DNA of 44,284 bases from Chiloscyllium plagiosum (taxonomy: Eukaryota). Positions within the stretch are counted from its first letter, which is position 1. Each line of letters starts with the position of its first letter. Both the position numbers and the translations under genes were made by a program. The notes beneath the pieces are model-generated. The model did no database searches and was not told the origin of the DNA. It worked only from the letters and a program-made list of their open reading frames with translations. The DNA lies in contig NC_057718.1 in the NCBI RefSeq assembly GCF_004010195.1, positions 20,293,547 to 20,337,830 on the forward strand, written 5' to 3'. This document shows positions 26,730 to 38,700 of this stretch, one piece after another.

Positions 26730-26769
26730 GGATTTCCACTAGAAGAGCAGTGACTGAGGGGACAAAATG
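26730..26769 (+). other. Predicted 5' UTR exon ending in the start codon
   Basis: Strong acceptor tttcactttgtttctctgtctgcag| and 40-nt exon ending ACAAAATG|gtgggt. The ATG has A at -3 and is in frame with exon 27439. Confidence 0.6.
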
Positions 26770-29700
26770 GTGGGTACGGATTTTCACAAAACAACCAATT
26801 TTAATGTTTAATGATGTGAGCATGTATGGTAGATTGAAAATTCTGATACTTGCAATGTTTCATCCTTCTCCTATTTTATATTGATAGCAAAGTCTCTGGT
26901 TTATAAATTCACTGACCTATTAATGTTAGAAATGTATCTTCGTACCAATAAGCTTCATGTTTGCAGGTTGTAGTGAGGTAATTCTCCAAAATGTTTTTTT
27001 GACAGTACCTCCACCACCTAGAAGGACAAGGTTAGTGTCAGAGAGGGAATATAGCACTTTCACGTTCCACTTTGAGTTTTATGCCATACTGCCTTCAATG
27101 CTCTTTGTTGTCACAGGGTATAATCTACTCGGAAGCAATCAGAACATTAACTTACCCAACCAAAATGTGAACATCAATTGGCTGGGAAGCATTATTGTCA
27201 GACTGTTGGAATGGAAAGATGGGAATGAGAACAGGCATCTTGTCGAGAGTTTTCACCCATAACATCCCAATCTTGCACTCACTGACTTTGTGAATTAGGA
27301 AAAACACTTCCCTTTCAATGTAACATAGTAAAAAGCTTTAGAATTAAATCTATCTATTTAGTCAAAATCTACAGATGAATTCTAGGCTATGTAAAGAACC
27401 TTCCAAACTCATAGGTGTGATTTTTCTTCTGAAACCAGAACTTCAGCTTTAACAAAATGATGGGAGTTACTCTCCCAGGGAACATTGGGGCTTTGTCGGA
27501 AGAACTTACCCTCACCGATACAAATGATGGAAATGTCATTATTGAGGATATTCAACAAGACTCTCCAGTTGCCAGAGCTGGTACTTTGAAAAAAGGTAAC
27601 CATTCCATTTTTTTTAATGTGGAGTGATAAATATTAAATACCAGAACTGATACAACTGAAAATCAAAACATGTTTTTAGCATGGACAAAACAATTACAAC
27701 TCTCTGACTTAGAAATTTGTTGGCACCATGCTTGTTTTTCAACCATGTAAAGATTACCTAAGTGCCCAATCCAGCTGGCAGTGATGTTGCACATATTTCC
27801 TTCTCCATATACAACACTAATGTTACTTTGTGTGCAACCATTAACCCTGGCATCTTTAGGAATTGGAATGGCTTCCATTCCCTCAATGTCTGGCTTATAT
27901 TCGTGTTTGTGGAGGTGACCACTCAACCCATGTTGGGCAGAATAGCTTCCACACTCTATGGAGGCCATGACAGAAATTCAAGCTGTACTCCAAGGTTGGA
28001 GCCAAGTTATTACAAGTTGGTTGGCTGATGATCAAGTGCATCTTGACTTTCTTTATGTACATCCACTAACCTTATACAATGGCCTGAGTCCTCAAAGTCA
28101 GCATGCATGTCCTGTGAGGCAGAGTTAGTGCACTATCTTGTTCTCTAGTGAGCTGATATGTGTGGTGTCCTATTCCCTTGCCTGAGCTTCTTTCACATGT
28201 TTCACTCATCAGTGTAGATCCTTCCTCAAGACAAGGAAAAGTAGAAAAAAATGTCATCAACCCTGAATGACTATATGTCCCCATCTTTGCCAGAGATGAT
28301 TTCTGTGAACCACAACAACAGTATGAAACCAACTAAAATTGTTAATCAAGCAATTACCAGGCATTTTGTGAGGGAATGGAATTTTTCCAATGGTGCACAG
28401 GAGTGTCTGCAGGAGCCCAGTGCACAGTGGAAGATAGGACTACTTGAATATAATATGCAATCAGAACTTCGAAGATACAAAATGGCACGGCCAAGGTTAT
28501 CTACAGGGAGAAACTTTCAAAAGCTTATCCTTGAAGACTGCTTTCTCAGATAGTGTTGCCTGGTGAGAACAGAAATGTTGGAAATCACAACGGGTCAAGC
28601 AGCACCTGTGGAGAGAGTGCAAGCTAACATTTTAAGTCAAGATGACACTTCATCAGAGCTGATGTGAAGTGCAATGTGAAAAGCTGCCTTGTAACTCAAT
28701 GTCTGCTCCAGTTGTTTCACACCTTTGTTAATTTTTTTTTCACAACAAGTGTTATCACACACAACCAAACAGTTTTTACCACCACCACAGCACCTGTACA
28801 AATTTTCACCTGCACCATTAAATCACCTGTATTTCCAAATTGTTCAATTTCAGCGCACAGCCTATTATGGGTAATATAATAATAGCAACAGTGAGGGAAA
28901 GGTAGGAAGAGCAGAAGAGGGCTAAATCAAAGTGGAGTTGGATGGAAAATCTCTCCAATTTATCTGAACTCTCTCTCATCCTATTCAACTCAGCAGCCAT
29001 CTCCCTTCAGGCATAGTGAAGGCTACAAGTCACCCTCATTCAATTGAGTGTGCTGAATTGCATGGTCATTTCCTTATCACACTTGCCCATTACCAGTTGG
29101 ATGTTGGAGCTGATAAGACCCTCTCAATAGGATGCATCTTCAGAGATTGTACCTGCTGTCACACTGCAAAGGCAATCAAGTTCATGACCTGAAAATTATC
29201 TTGCCACCCAGAAAAACATCTTAATATGGAAAAAATTCAGTCTGATCTGACTCACATTCACTGCCTAAATATATGCAAACCCCAGAGGACCTAAGTGTTT
29301 TGTCTGGAACTCTGGGAAATCTTTTTCAATATGAGAAATTTCCTGCTGTCTACAGCCAGAGTACATTACCTTGAAAAAGGTGCTGATTTTTGTCCAGCAG
29401 CTTGATTTTCTGGCTCACATATAATTGTAACCAATGAATGGCATTTATAACAAAACACAGAGGATGTTGGAGAAAATCAGCAAGTCTGGCAGCATCTATG
29501 GAAAGAGAAACAGACTTAATGTTTTGGGTCCAGTATGACTTTTTCAGAGGATTCTGAAATCCCATTGGTACTAGCAAAACAAGTTACGGATATTGGTGAA
29601 AGAACTGACTAAACAGTCTTGACAAAGAATATGTAGAGAGAGTGTTTCCTCTTATGGGAGAAACTAGAATTATGGATCTCTGTTTAAAAGTCGGGAATTG

Positions 29701-32700
29701 CCCATTTAAAACAGACGAGGCAATTATTTTTTCCAAGGGTTGTGAGTCTGTGGAAATCTCTTTTTTGAAAGGTAGTGAAAGCAGAGCCTTTGACTATTTT
29801 TAAGACAGATTCATGTTAAACAAGGTGGTGAAAGGTTTTTGGGGTAGGCAAGAATGCAGATTTGAGATTACAATCAAATCAGCCAGGATCTCATTGAATG
29901 GTGAAGCAGACGAGATAGACTGACTGGCCTATCTCTTCTCCTGTATCTTCTGGGGAAACAAGAATGCAGATTTGAGGCTCTAGTCAGATCAGCCTTGATC
30001 TTATTGAACGTTGAGTAGGCTCAAGGGGCTGAATAGCCTGCTTCTGCCTCTTTATGTTCATGTGATAAATTCACTTAAGACTCTTAAGGTTATGACCTGT
30101 GAAAATATAAATTATGAATGGTGTAAAATGGGTTGCTGATTGACTATCTTTCATTTTTACACTGTTGCACCAAGTCAAAACCTGCCCCTTAATTCCATGA
30201 CAGCTTATCTTCAATTTCATTTAAGCCTGAGGTGCTGCCCTAGATATTACAGAATTCAGAGGTATTAATCTGTCTGAACTATTCCCCTGACCTGTAGTCA
30301 GCATTGCCACACTGGAATCAATTTGCCTGGAGGCCTTACATACAACAGAATGTTTGCAGATGTTCCTGGAGCTGCCAGGTGCGCCAAGAATTACTGTATT
30401 ATTGTGAATTATTCTCTGAAGTGTGTTCTACTCTATTATATTGGAGTCAATCCCAGCTGACTGCTGCATATCTTCTGAGAGTCTGCTACGTGTTTCCGCA
30501 TGTGCCAGCATGCTTATTTTCATGGCAGGATGGCTAAGACTTCAGTATCTAGAGAACTGACATCTCCTAAATTTCTGTCCAGCAACATCAGGCTTCACTT
30601 CGTTGCCTTAACCAAGATTTGCTTCTCAGCAGCACTACTGAGTTGCCTCAAATGTATTTCACTGGGACAGTGAGTGGAAGAGACAGGAAATGAATGAGGT
30701 CAATGAGTGACCATCAGCATTGCTAATGGTTGAAGTAGTTGGAAGTTTGAAGCAGTTTTGAAGAGCCATACTGGACTCAAAACATTTGTTTTGTTACTAT
30801 TTGCAGATGCTGCTAGACCTGCTGAGTTTCTCCAGCATTTGTTGCTTGAATTTCAGGTTTCCAGTATCCACCTTACTTTTCTTTTGTTGCAGTGTTTTTC
30901 TGTTCATTCTGTTCTTAAATGCTGAATCTTGGCTCACAACTTGTGGGAAGACTAAGGCAGATACAAAGTTTCCACTCAGTCTCTCACTGTTACTTTTCAT
31001 TGTCTTTACTTTTGTAACAATAACATGTTACAATACAGGTATACAGGCTGCCACTTCAAACTCACTATGTTCATAAGGCCCCCACTTATAAAACTAAATT
31101 GCAAGGGTGGAGTATGTGTGAAAGGTAACCATCATCCATTTTTCTTGTTATCCAGGCTGTGCCTCCCATAGCTCTCTGTTCCTAGTTTTGCTATAGTCCC
31201 TTTCTGCAGCAGGAAGATGATGGTCTACTGGTATTATCATTGGACTATTAATCCAGAAACTCAGCTAATGTCCTGTGCATCTGGATTTGAAACCCACCAG
31301 ATGGTGGAATTTAAATTCGATTGTAAAAAAAAGTCTGGAATTAAGAATCTACTGAAGACCATCAAACAACTGTTGATTGTCAGAAAAACCTTTAGGGAAG
31401 GAAATATGCCATCCTCACCTGTCTGGCCTACATGTGACTCCAACAGTGTGGTTGACTCAAGTCTCAAGAAAGAAATTGAACAGGACAGACCACCCAGCAT
31501 CAACCTAGGTGCAGGAATAGACAATGGCAGAAACAGCCCTGTCAACCCTGCAAAGTCCTCCTTACTAACATCTGGGGGCGAGTGCTAAAATTGGGAGAGT
31601 TGTCTCACAGTCTAGACTGATGCAAGTCAAACTTATGGGACAGACAATGTCCCAGGCACTACCATCCCTGGATATGTTCTGTCCCATTGGCAGGAGTGAC
31701 CCAGCAGAGGTGGCAGTACAGTGCTATACAGAGAGTTGTCTTCAGAATCCTTAATATTAACTCCGGACTCCATGAAATCTCATGGACAAGGAAACCTCCT
31801 GCTGATTTCTACATTCCATCCTCACTTAGCTGATGAATCATTACACCTCCAATCAAGATGCACAGGACATTAGCTGAGTTTCTGAATTAATAGTCCAATG
31901 ATAATACCAGTAGACCATCATCTTCCTGCTGCAGAAAGGGACTATTGCAAAACTAGGAACAACACTTGGAGAAAGCTCTGAGGATGGTAGGGGTGCAAAA
32001 TGTACTGGGTGGGGGATTTCAATGTCCTCCACCAAGAGTGGCTTACAAACAACACTACTGTTTGAGCTGGTCAGGTCTAAAGGACATAGCTGCTAGATTG
32101 GGTCTGCAGCAGGTGGGGAGGGAACCACCATGAGGGAAAAACATACATGACCTCATTCTTACCAATCTGCTGGCTTCATTGGTAAGGTAAAAGTGACCAC
32201 AACACAGTCCAGACAAATCCCACCTTAATATTGGGAATACCCTCCATTGTGGTATGTGATAGACAGGACAAAATGATCCCACAACCAACAGATCAGATCT
32301 CAGCTCTGCAGTCCTGCCACATCCAGTCGTGAATGGTGGTGGATAATTAAAGCACTTATTAGAGGAGGAAGAGGGTCCATAAATATCCCCAGCCTCGATG
32401 ATGAAAGAACCCAACACAAGTGCATAAGATAAGGTTGAAGCATTCTCAGCAATCTTCAGCCAGAATTGTCAGTGGTCCTCAGCATTACAGATACCAGTCT
32501 TCAGCCAATTCAATTCACTCCTCGTGATATCAAGAAATGGTTGGAGGCACTGGATACCTCAAAGGTTATGAAGTTAAAAATCACACAACACCAGGTTATA
32601 GTCTAACAGGTTTAATTGGAAGCACACTACCTTTCGGAGCGACACTCCTTCATCAGGTGATAGTCGAGGGCTCAATCCTAACACACAGAATTTATAGCAA

Positions 32701-35700
32701 AAATTTACAGTGTGATGTAACTGAAATTATACATTGAAAAATTAATTGTCTGTTAAGAATACAGTGATAGTTTCACTTTTCATGTGTAAATCACAAAACC
32801 TTTTTTTAAAAAAGTTGCATTCTCTGGTTAGCTGTTAACAATGGTGATGGCTAGACAATATGTTGAAGGTGTTGTGTGTGAAGGTGGTGTCAAAAGGTTA
32901 TGGGTCTTGACAACATTCCAGCAATAATACTGAAGACTTGTGCTCAAGAACTTGCCACTCCCCTAGACAAGCTGTTCTAGTACAATTACGAAACTGGCAA
33001 CTAACCAATGAAGTGGAAAATTGTCCGGGTATTTTCTGTGCACAAAAAGCAGGACAAATCCAACTTAACTAATTAACGCCCCATGGGTCTTCTCTCTATC
33101 ATTAGTAAAGTGATGGAAAATGTCATCAACAGAGCTATTAGGCAGCACCTGCTCAACAGTAATCTGCCCAGTGACATCCAGTTTGGGTTGCATCAGGTTC
33201 TCTCACCTCCCGACCTTATTACAGCCTTGGTGCAAACATGGACATAAGAGGTGAATTCCAGAGATGAAGTTAGAGTGACAGTCCTTGGCATTAAGGCTGA
33301 ATTTGACAGGAGCCCTCGGAGTATCGGGGGCAAACTCTCCACTAGCTGGAGACATACCTAGCATATAGGAAGATGGGCATTGTTGTTGAGGTCAGTCACC
33401 TCAGCTTCAGGACCTTACTACAAAGTTCCTCAGGGTAGCATCCTAAGCTCAACCAACTTCAACTGCTTCATCAATGACTTTCCCTCATCATAAAGTCAGA
33501 CTTTGGGATGTTCGCTGATGATTGCACAATGTTCAGCAACATTCAAATGCAACAAGATCTGGATAATATCCAGACTTGGGCTGACAAGTAACAGTCACAC
33601 CATACAAATGCCAGGCAATGACCATCGTCAATAAGAGACAATCTAATCACCACTCCTTAATATTCCATAGAATACTATGTTAGTGAATCCCTAAAGTGTG
33701 GAAACAGGCCATTCAGCCCAACAAGTCCACACTGACCATCTTAAGAATAACCCCCTCAGACCCCCCCCCCCCCTACTCTATAGCCCTGCATTTCCCATAA
33801 CTAATGCACCTAACCTGCACATCCTTGAACACTATGGGCAATTTGGCATGGCCAATTCACCTAACTTATACATCTTTGAACTGTGGGAGGAAACTGGAAC
33901 ACCTGGAGGAAACCCACGCAGACACAGGGAGAATATGCAAATTCCACAAAGACAGTCGCCCGAGACTGGAATCAAACCCACATCCTTGGTGCTGTGAGAC
34001 AGCATTGCTAACCAGTGAGCCACCATGCCATCCAGTGTTACCATCACTGAATCCCCCATTATCAAGATCCTCAGAGTTATCATTGGGCCAGAAACTCAAT
34101 GGGACTCATTATATAAACACATTGGCTACAAGAGTAAGTCAGAGGCTAGGAATACTGTGGCAAATCATCATCATCTGACTCCTCAAAGTCTCTCCACCAT
34201 CTGCAAGGCACAAGTCAGGAGTGAGTTGTAATACTCCCCACTTACCTGGATGAGTGGAACTCCAACAACACTCAAGAAGCTTGGCACCATTCAGAACAAA
34301 GCAGCCAACTTGATTGACACCAAATCCACAAGTAACCAGTCCTCCATCACCAATGCTCAAGAGCAACAGTATGCACTGTGTACAAGATGCACTGAAGAAA
34401 TTCACTAAAAATTCTCAGACAGCCCCTTTTAAACCCATGACTGTGTGGATTCTATGACTGATTGATTGACCTCTTCCATCTAGAAGTAACAGATAAATGG
34501 AAACACCACTTTTTGCAAGTTTCCCACCAAGCCACTCACTATTCTCACTTGGAAATGTATTGCTGTTCCTTCATTGCCACTGGATCAAATTCTGGGAACT
34601 CCCTTCCTCAGGGCATTGTGAGTCAACCCTCCAGCATGCGGACTGCTGTGGTTCAAGAAGACAGCACACCATTACCTTCTCAAGGGCAACTAGGGATAGT
34701 CAATAAAATGCCTGCCAGCCAGCGATGCCCACATCCATGAACGAATTTTAAAAAATGCTTGGCATCAACCTGCTCACAGGGCCTCCCCTGCTCTCTGACC
34801 CTCTCTGGCTTGCTGACTCACTTCTGCTTCTTGACTCTTTGCCTCTTGCCAACTCTGTCCTGCTTGCTGACTTTCTCTTGGTCACCAACTCACCTTTGTT
34901 CCCCATTTCTGACACTTGCTGGTTCCTACCCATTCCTTTTACTTCCCATTCCCCATCCTCATATTCACTACATCTCTCCTGTTTGGTGTTTCTCTCACAC
35001 ACCACATCCCTTTTCAAATCTCCCATACACGGTTTCTCTTCGTGGTCCTCCCATTAAAACCTCCTCCAATTCCCTTAATTACCCCCTTCCTCTCAGAGAC
35101 CATGGTAATTAGGAAGAGTTAGCTTATCCCTTCCATTTTTAAAGTTATTTTGTTTTACAAACACTTTCATTGACAAATACAGCTATATGAATGTATTTCA
35201 TTTTACTGGTTTAATGTTTAATTGTTTTCTCCAATGAGAAAGGTCCATTTAGAATGTTGTAATGCTTTTAGATACTTTGTAATTATCATGCTCAGAGATG
35301 ATGATACATATCTCCTGATGCATATGGTGACATTTTTTATGTGTATTTGTTGAACAAATTTTATTACAGGAGATTTTATTCTCTGGAAAAATGTGGTACA
35401 TTTTAATATAGTACAAATAACTTTAAAACTTATCTTTGTCTATCTTACCTTTATCTTGTCTTGTAGGTGATCAATTGAATGCAGTAACAATACATTTTGA
35501 CAATCTAACCAGTGAAGAAGTTAGCAAAATACTGAAATATTCGGAACAATACAAAACAAGCTTAAAACTAAATGCAAAAGAAGAACTCAGGAGTCCAGAT
35601 TTCAGACTGTCCAGTCCTGACATGGTAAAAAAAAAGTTCTTGGTTTATCTAGCTACTTTCAATGAAACAAATAAATTTTCTGGCCATTGCTTGAGTTTTC

Positions 35701-38700
35701 ACATTTACTAGTACTGAGCATCCTAGTTGCTGGTTACCTTCCTTTTGCTGACCGTCCCAGTCCCTGACTCTCCCTCTCACCAAATATCCCATGCACTGAC
35801 CTACTTTCCCTCCCACCTACCCTTTATGTCCTCAACTCCTGCTCTCACTAACCCTCCCAGTCCCCAGCCATCTCTCTCACCAAACTTCCCAGTTGCAGGC
35901 CCAACCTGTATCTTGCTAATCTTTTTCACATGCCTGACCCTCCCACTCACTGAATGTCCCAGTCCCTAAATCTTCCTGTATGTGACCCTCCCTCTCACGA
36001 AACATCATTGCTCCCCCCCACCTTGTCCCTGATCATCCTAGTCACTGGCTGACCTTCCCTACCACTGACCTTCCTTCTAGACCTCCTTTCTGTTTGCCCA
36101 CCTTCTTGTTGTCTCTCTAGTTTGTGGTTTACCTTTATGACCTTGAACTCAAACATTTCTCTCACTCCAAAGTTGCTCATCCTGCCTCTCACTGCTCATC
36201 TCCCAGGCCTTCACTCACAACAAGGGAAATGGATGCAGCAAGTGGGAAAGTTGGCCAACAAACAGGAGGGCTGGCAAGCAACTGTGAGGATCTGGAACTG
36301 GCAGGATTGGAAACCAGGAGGGTTGGGGCCTTGACGAGTTGCACGGGGATTAAGAGATTGGCCAACAAACAGGAAGTTAGCTAGAAACTGGATGATTAGG
36401 GAAGCAAAAAGTGCAATGAGCAAGAGATTTGGTAAGCGCATTGGTGGTGAGGACTGTGGAGTAGGAAAGGCAATGATTGGGAAGACTGATAAATGTGGAA
36501 AGTGGTGTATGGGCAGGTACAAGCAGAGTAAGCCTTTTGTATTTTTCAATGAATTTTATTTTATAAGTTATATCTTTTACAAATATAGGAATCTAACTAC
36601 ATTCCATCTTATAATGTTTTCAACATTTATTTTTAAAATTTCTTAAATAAACTCTTCATTTTGTAAACATTATTTGTCCTGCAGACACCAACATTCTGGC
36701 AGAGAATATAACATACAGGAAATCCTCAGTTCCATGGAGCTGTTATGTTTAGCTGTTCCAAAATATTAGCAATTCTGCCTAGAAAAAAGGATGGACTTAG
36801 TTGCAAGGTTTTCAATAGGTCACTCAGGACAGTTCAAGGGCTATTGAAAAGTAGTTCAAAGTTTACAGGCAGTTGATAAAGTCAGGGAAGATGAGAAAGA
36901 GAGAGAAAAAGTAAAAGTAGGTACTGCTATTTAAGCTATACTTGTAGGAAGATAACTGAATTTACATAGGTTTTGCTCAAGGGTACTTAGTGAGAAGTCC
37001 CAAGAGAAGTTGGATATCCCTGTGTTGTTTGGACTCAGTTGGAGTTGGGGCTCCAAATAGTCCCAGGCGCAATGGAAACTGAGAAGAAGCTGTCTGCCAG
37101 CTGAACGGGGGGGGGGGGGGGGGTTTGAAAAGCACACAAGTAGTATTTGCTTAATGCAACTGAATTCAAATCAGATCTCAGAGAAAGAAAGAATTCTAGC
37201 TTGGTGAAGTTAATTGTTGGTAAAAACCTAGAGTTATGACTGTGAGTAAGTACTAGAGTGCAGTTTCCAAAGTGCAGGGCAAGGAAAGGAAGGTTATCAA
37301 AATAATAGTAAATAAAAGCAAATTACTGCTGATGCTGGAATCTGAAACCAAATGAGAAAATGCTGGAAAATCTCAGCAGGTCTGGCAGCATCTGTAAGGA
37401 GAGAAAAGAGCTGACATTTTGAGTCTAACTGACCCTTTGTCAAAGTTGGTTATTGTTGAAAACAGGCACGGTCAGTATGGTGGCTCATTACAGAACAGTT
37501 CATTACAGGGTGTTTCAAGATGAGCAAAAGTAAGATCTGAATCCCTTGTGAAGTTCACTGAAATTTGACAGAAGACCATGTCATTAATGTTTGAGAATTG
37601 CTGAGCCATTTGGACAACTCACTGTATTTGCCATTTGAGGTGTAGTTTCAGGTATTTGACCATAATCCAGGTTTACCACACATTAGTTCTGGGTATTAGC
37701 ATTCAAGTTATATAAGTATTGTAGATTGTATTATTGTTGTAACCTTGTGGTAGTAACATTTATTGTTATTTGTTCAAGATCATGAAATCCTGTGGCTTTA
37801 TTCTCTTAGTAAGTTCCTTAGATCTCAGAACTTGTCTACTTAAACTTACAGGTCCTTAGGCAGATTGTAACATAAATTTGCTGTCTGGTCCAGGATTATA
37901 GCTCTGAGGAGAAAGGCCATGTAGGTCCTAGCTACAGTTTTTACATTGGTTGTGTGGGAAAAAGCTGATTCAAGTAATGTTGTTTCACTTAAGTTACACT
38001 TTTAAAGAACACAACTATAATGTTAAGTAAGGACATTCCTCTATATTCAAGGCTGAATCACTGAATCAGTCAAAATTTTGTCTCTCAAGGAGTCAAGGTT
38101 TATGAGGTGTAGGCAGGAAAGTGGAATTAATACCACAATTGGATTAGCTATGATCTTACTGCATGGTGCAGCAGGCTGAGTGGTCCACTCCTGCTCCTAT
38201 CTCTTATGATCTTCTTAATTAAACGTTTATGCCAATTATGAGTCAAAATCAATTGAGCATACATACTTTACAAATTATGTTCTTCTTTGCAGGGATCTGG
38301 TGATCAAGCTTACTTAAAGCTGTACAACAGCAAGATTAAGCCACATCTTAAGCTAGCAAAACCAAACCTGAGTGTTGGAAGCCTAAATGGAGAGGTCAAT
38401 GTAAAAAATAAAACATCTTTTGGAATAAAAGAGCCCAAGATATATTCTCCTGATATTGACATGAAGCTAAAGGCACCAGAAGGTAAAATTTATACTTTAA
38501 TCTTCATATTGAATTCACTATTTGTGATTTCCACATTAATGGCATAAATAAGGATAAAGTTACCACAGTGCAGTTTAACCTGAAGTTCACAGTGCCTCAG
38601 ATGAGGGAAGAGATTGACAACCCTTCAAGGTAATCTCAGCCAGTGTAGGAATTGAACTCATGCTATTGTCGATGCTTGACATTGATAAACCAGCTGGCCA

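Larger units (their letters stand above)
31217..34755 (+). mobile_element. Near full-length decayed LINE with tRNA-like head, AP endonuclease and RT (CR1/L2 group, clade uncertain)
   Basis: SINE-like head, then KVLLTNIWG..KLGELSH, IPGYVLSH, GDFNV (endonuclease) and RT motifs including MFADDCT; the tail matches that of 6020-7712. Three nested insertions. Confidence 0.8.

Noticed and set aside
35436..35711. ORF-track ORF taken as a whole protein
   Set aside because: Only 35467-35624 is exon; the flanks are polypyrimidine tract and intron read-through.
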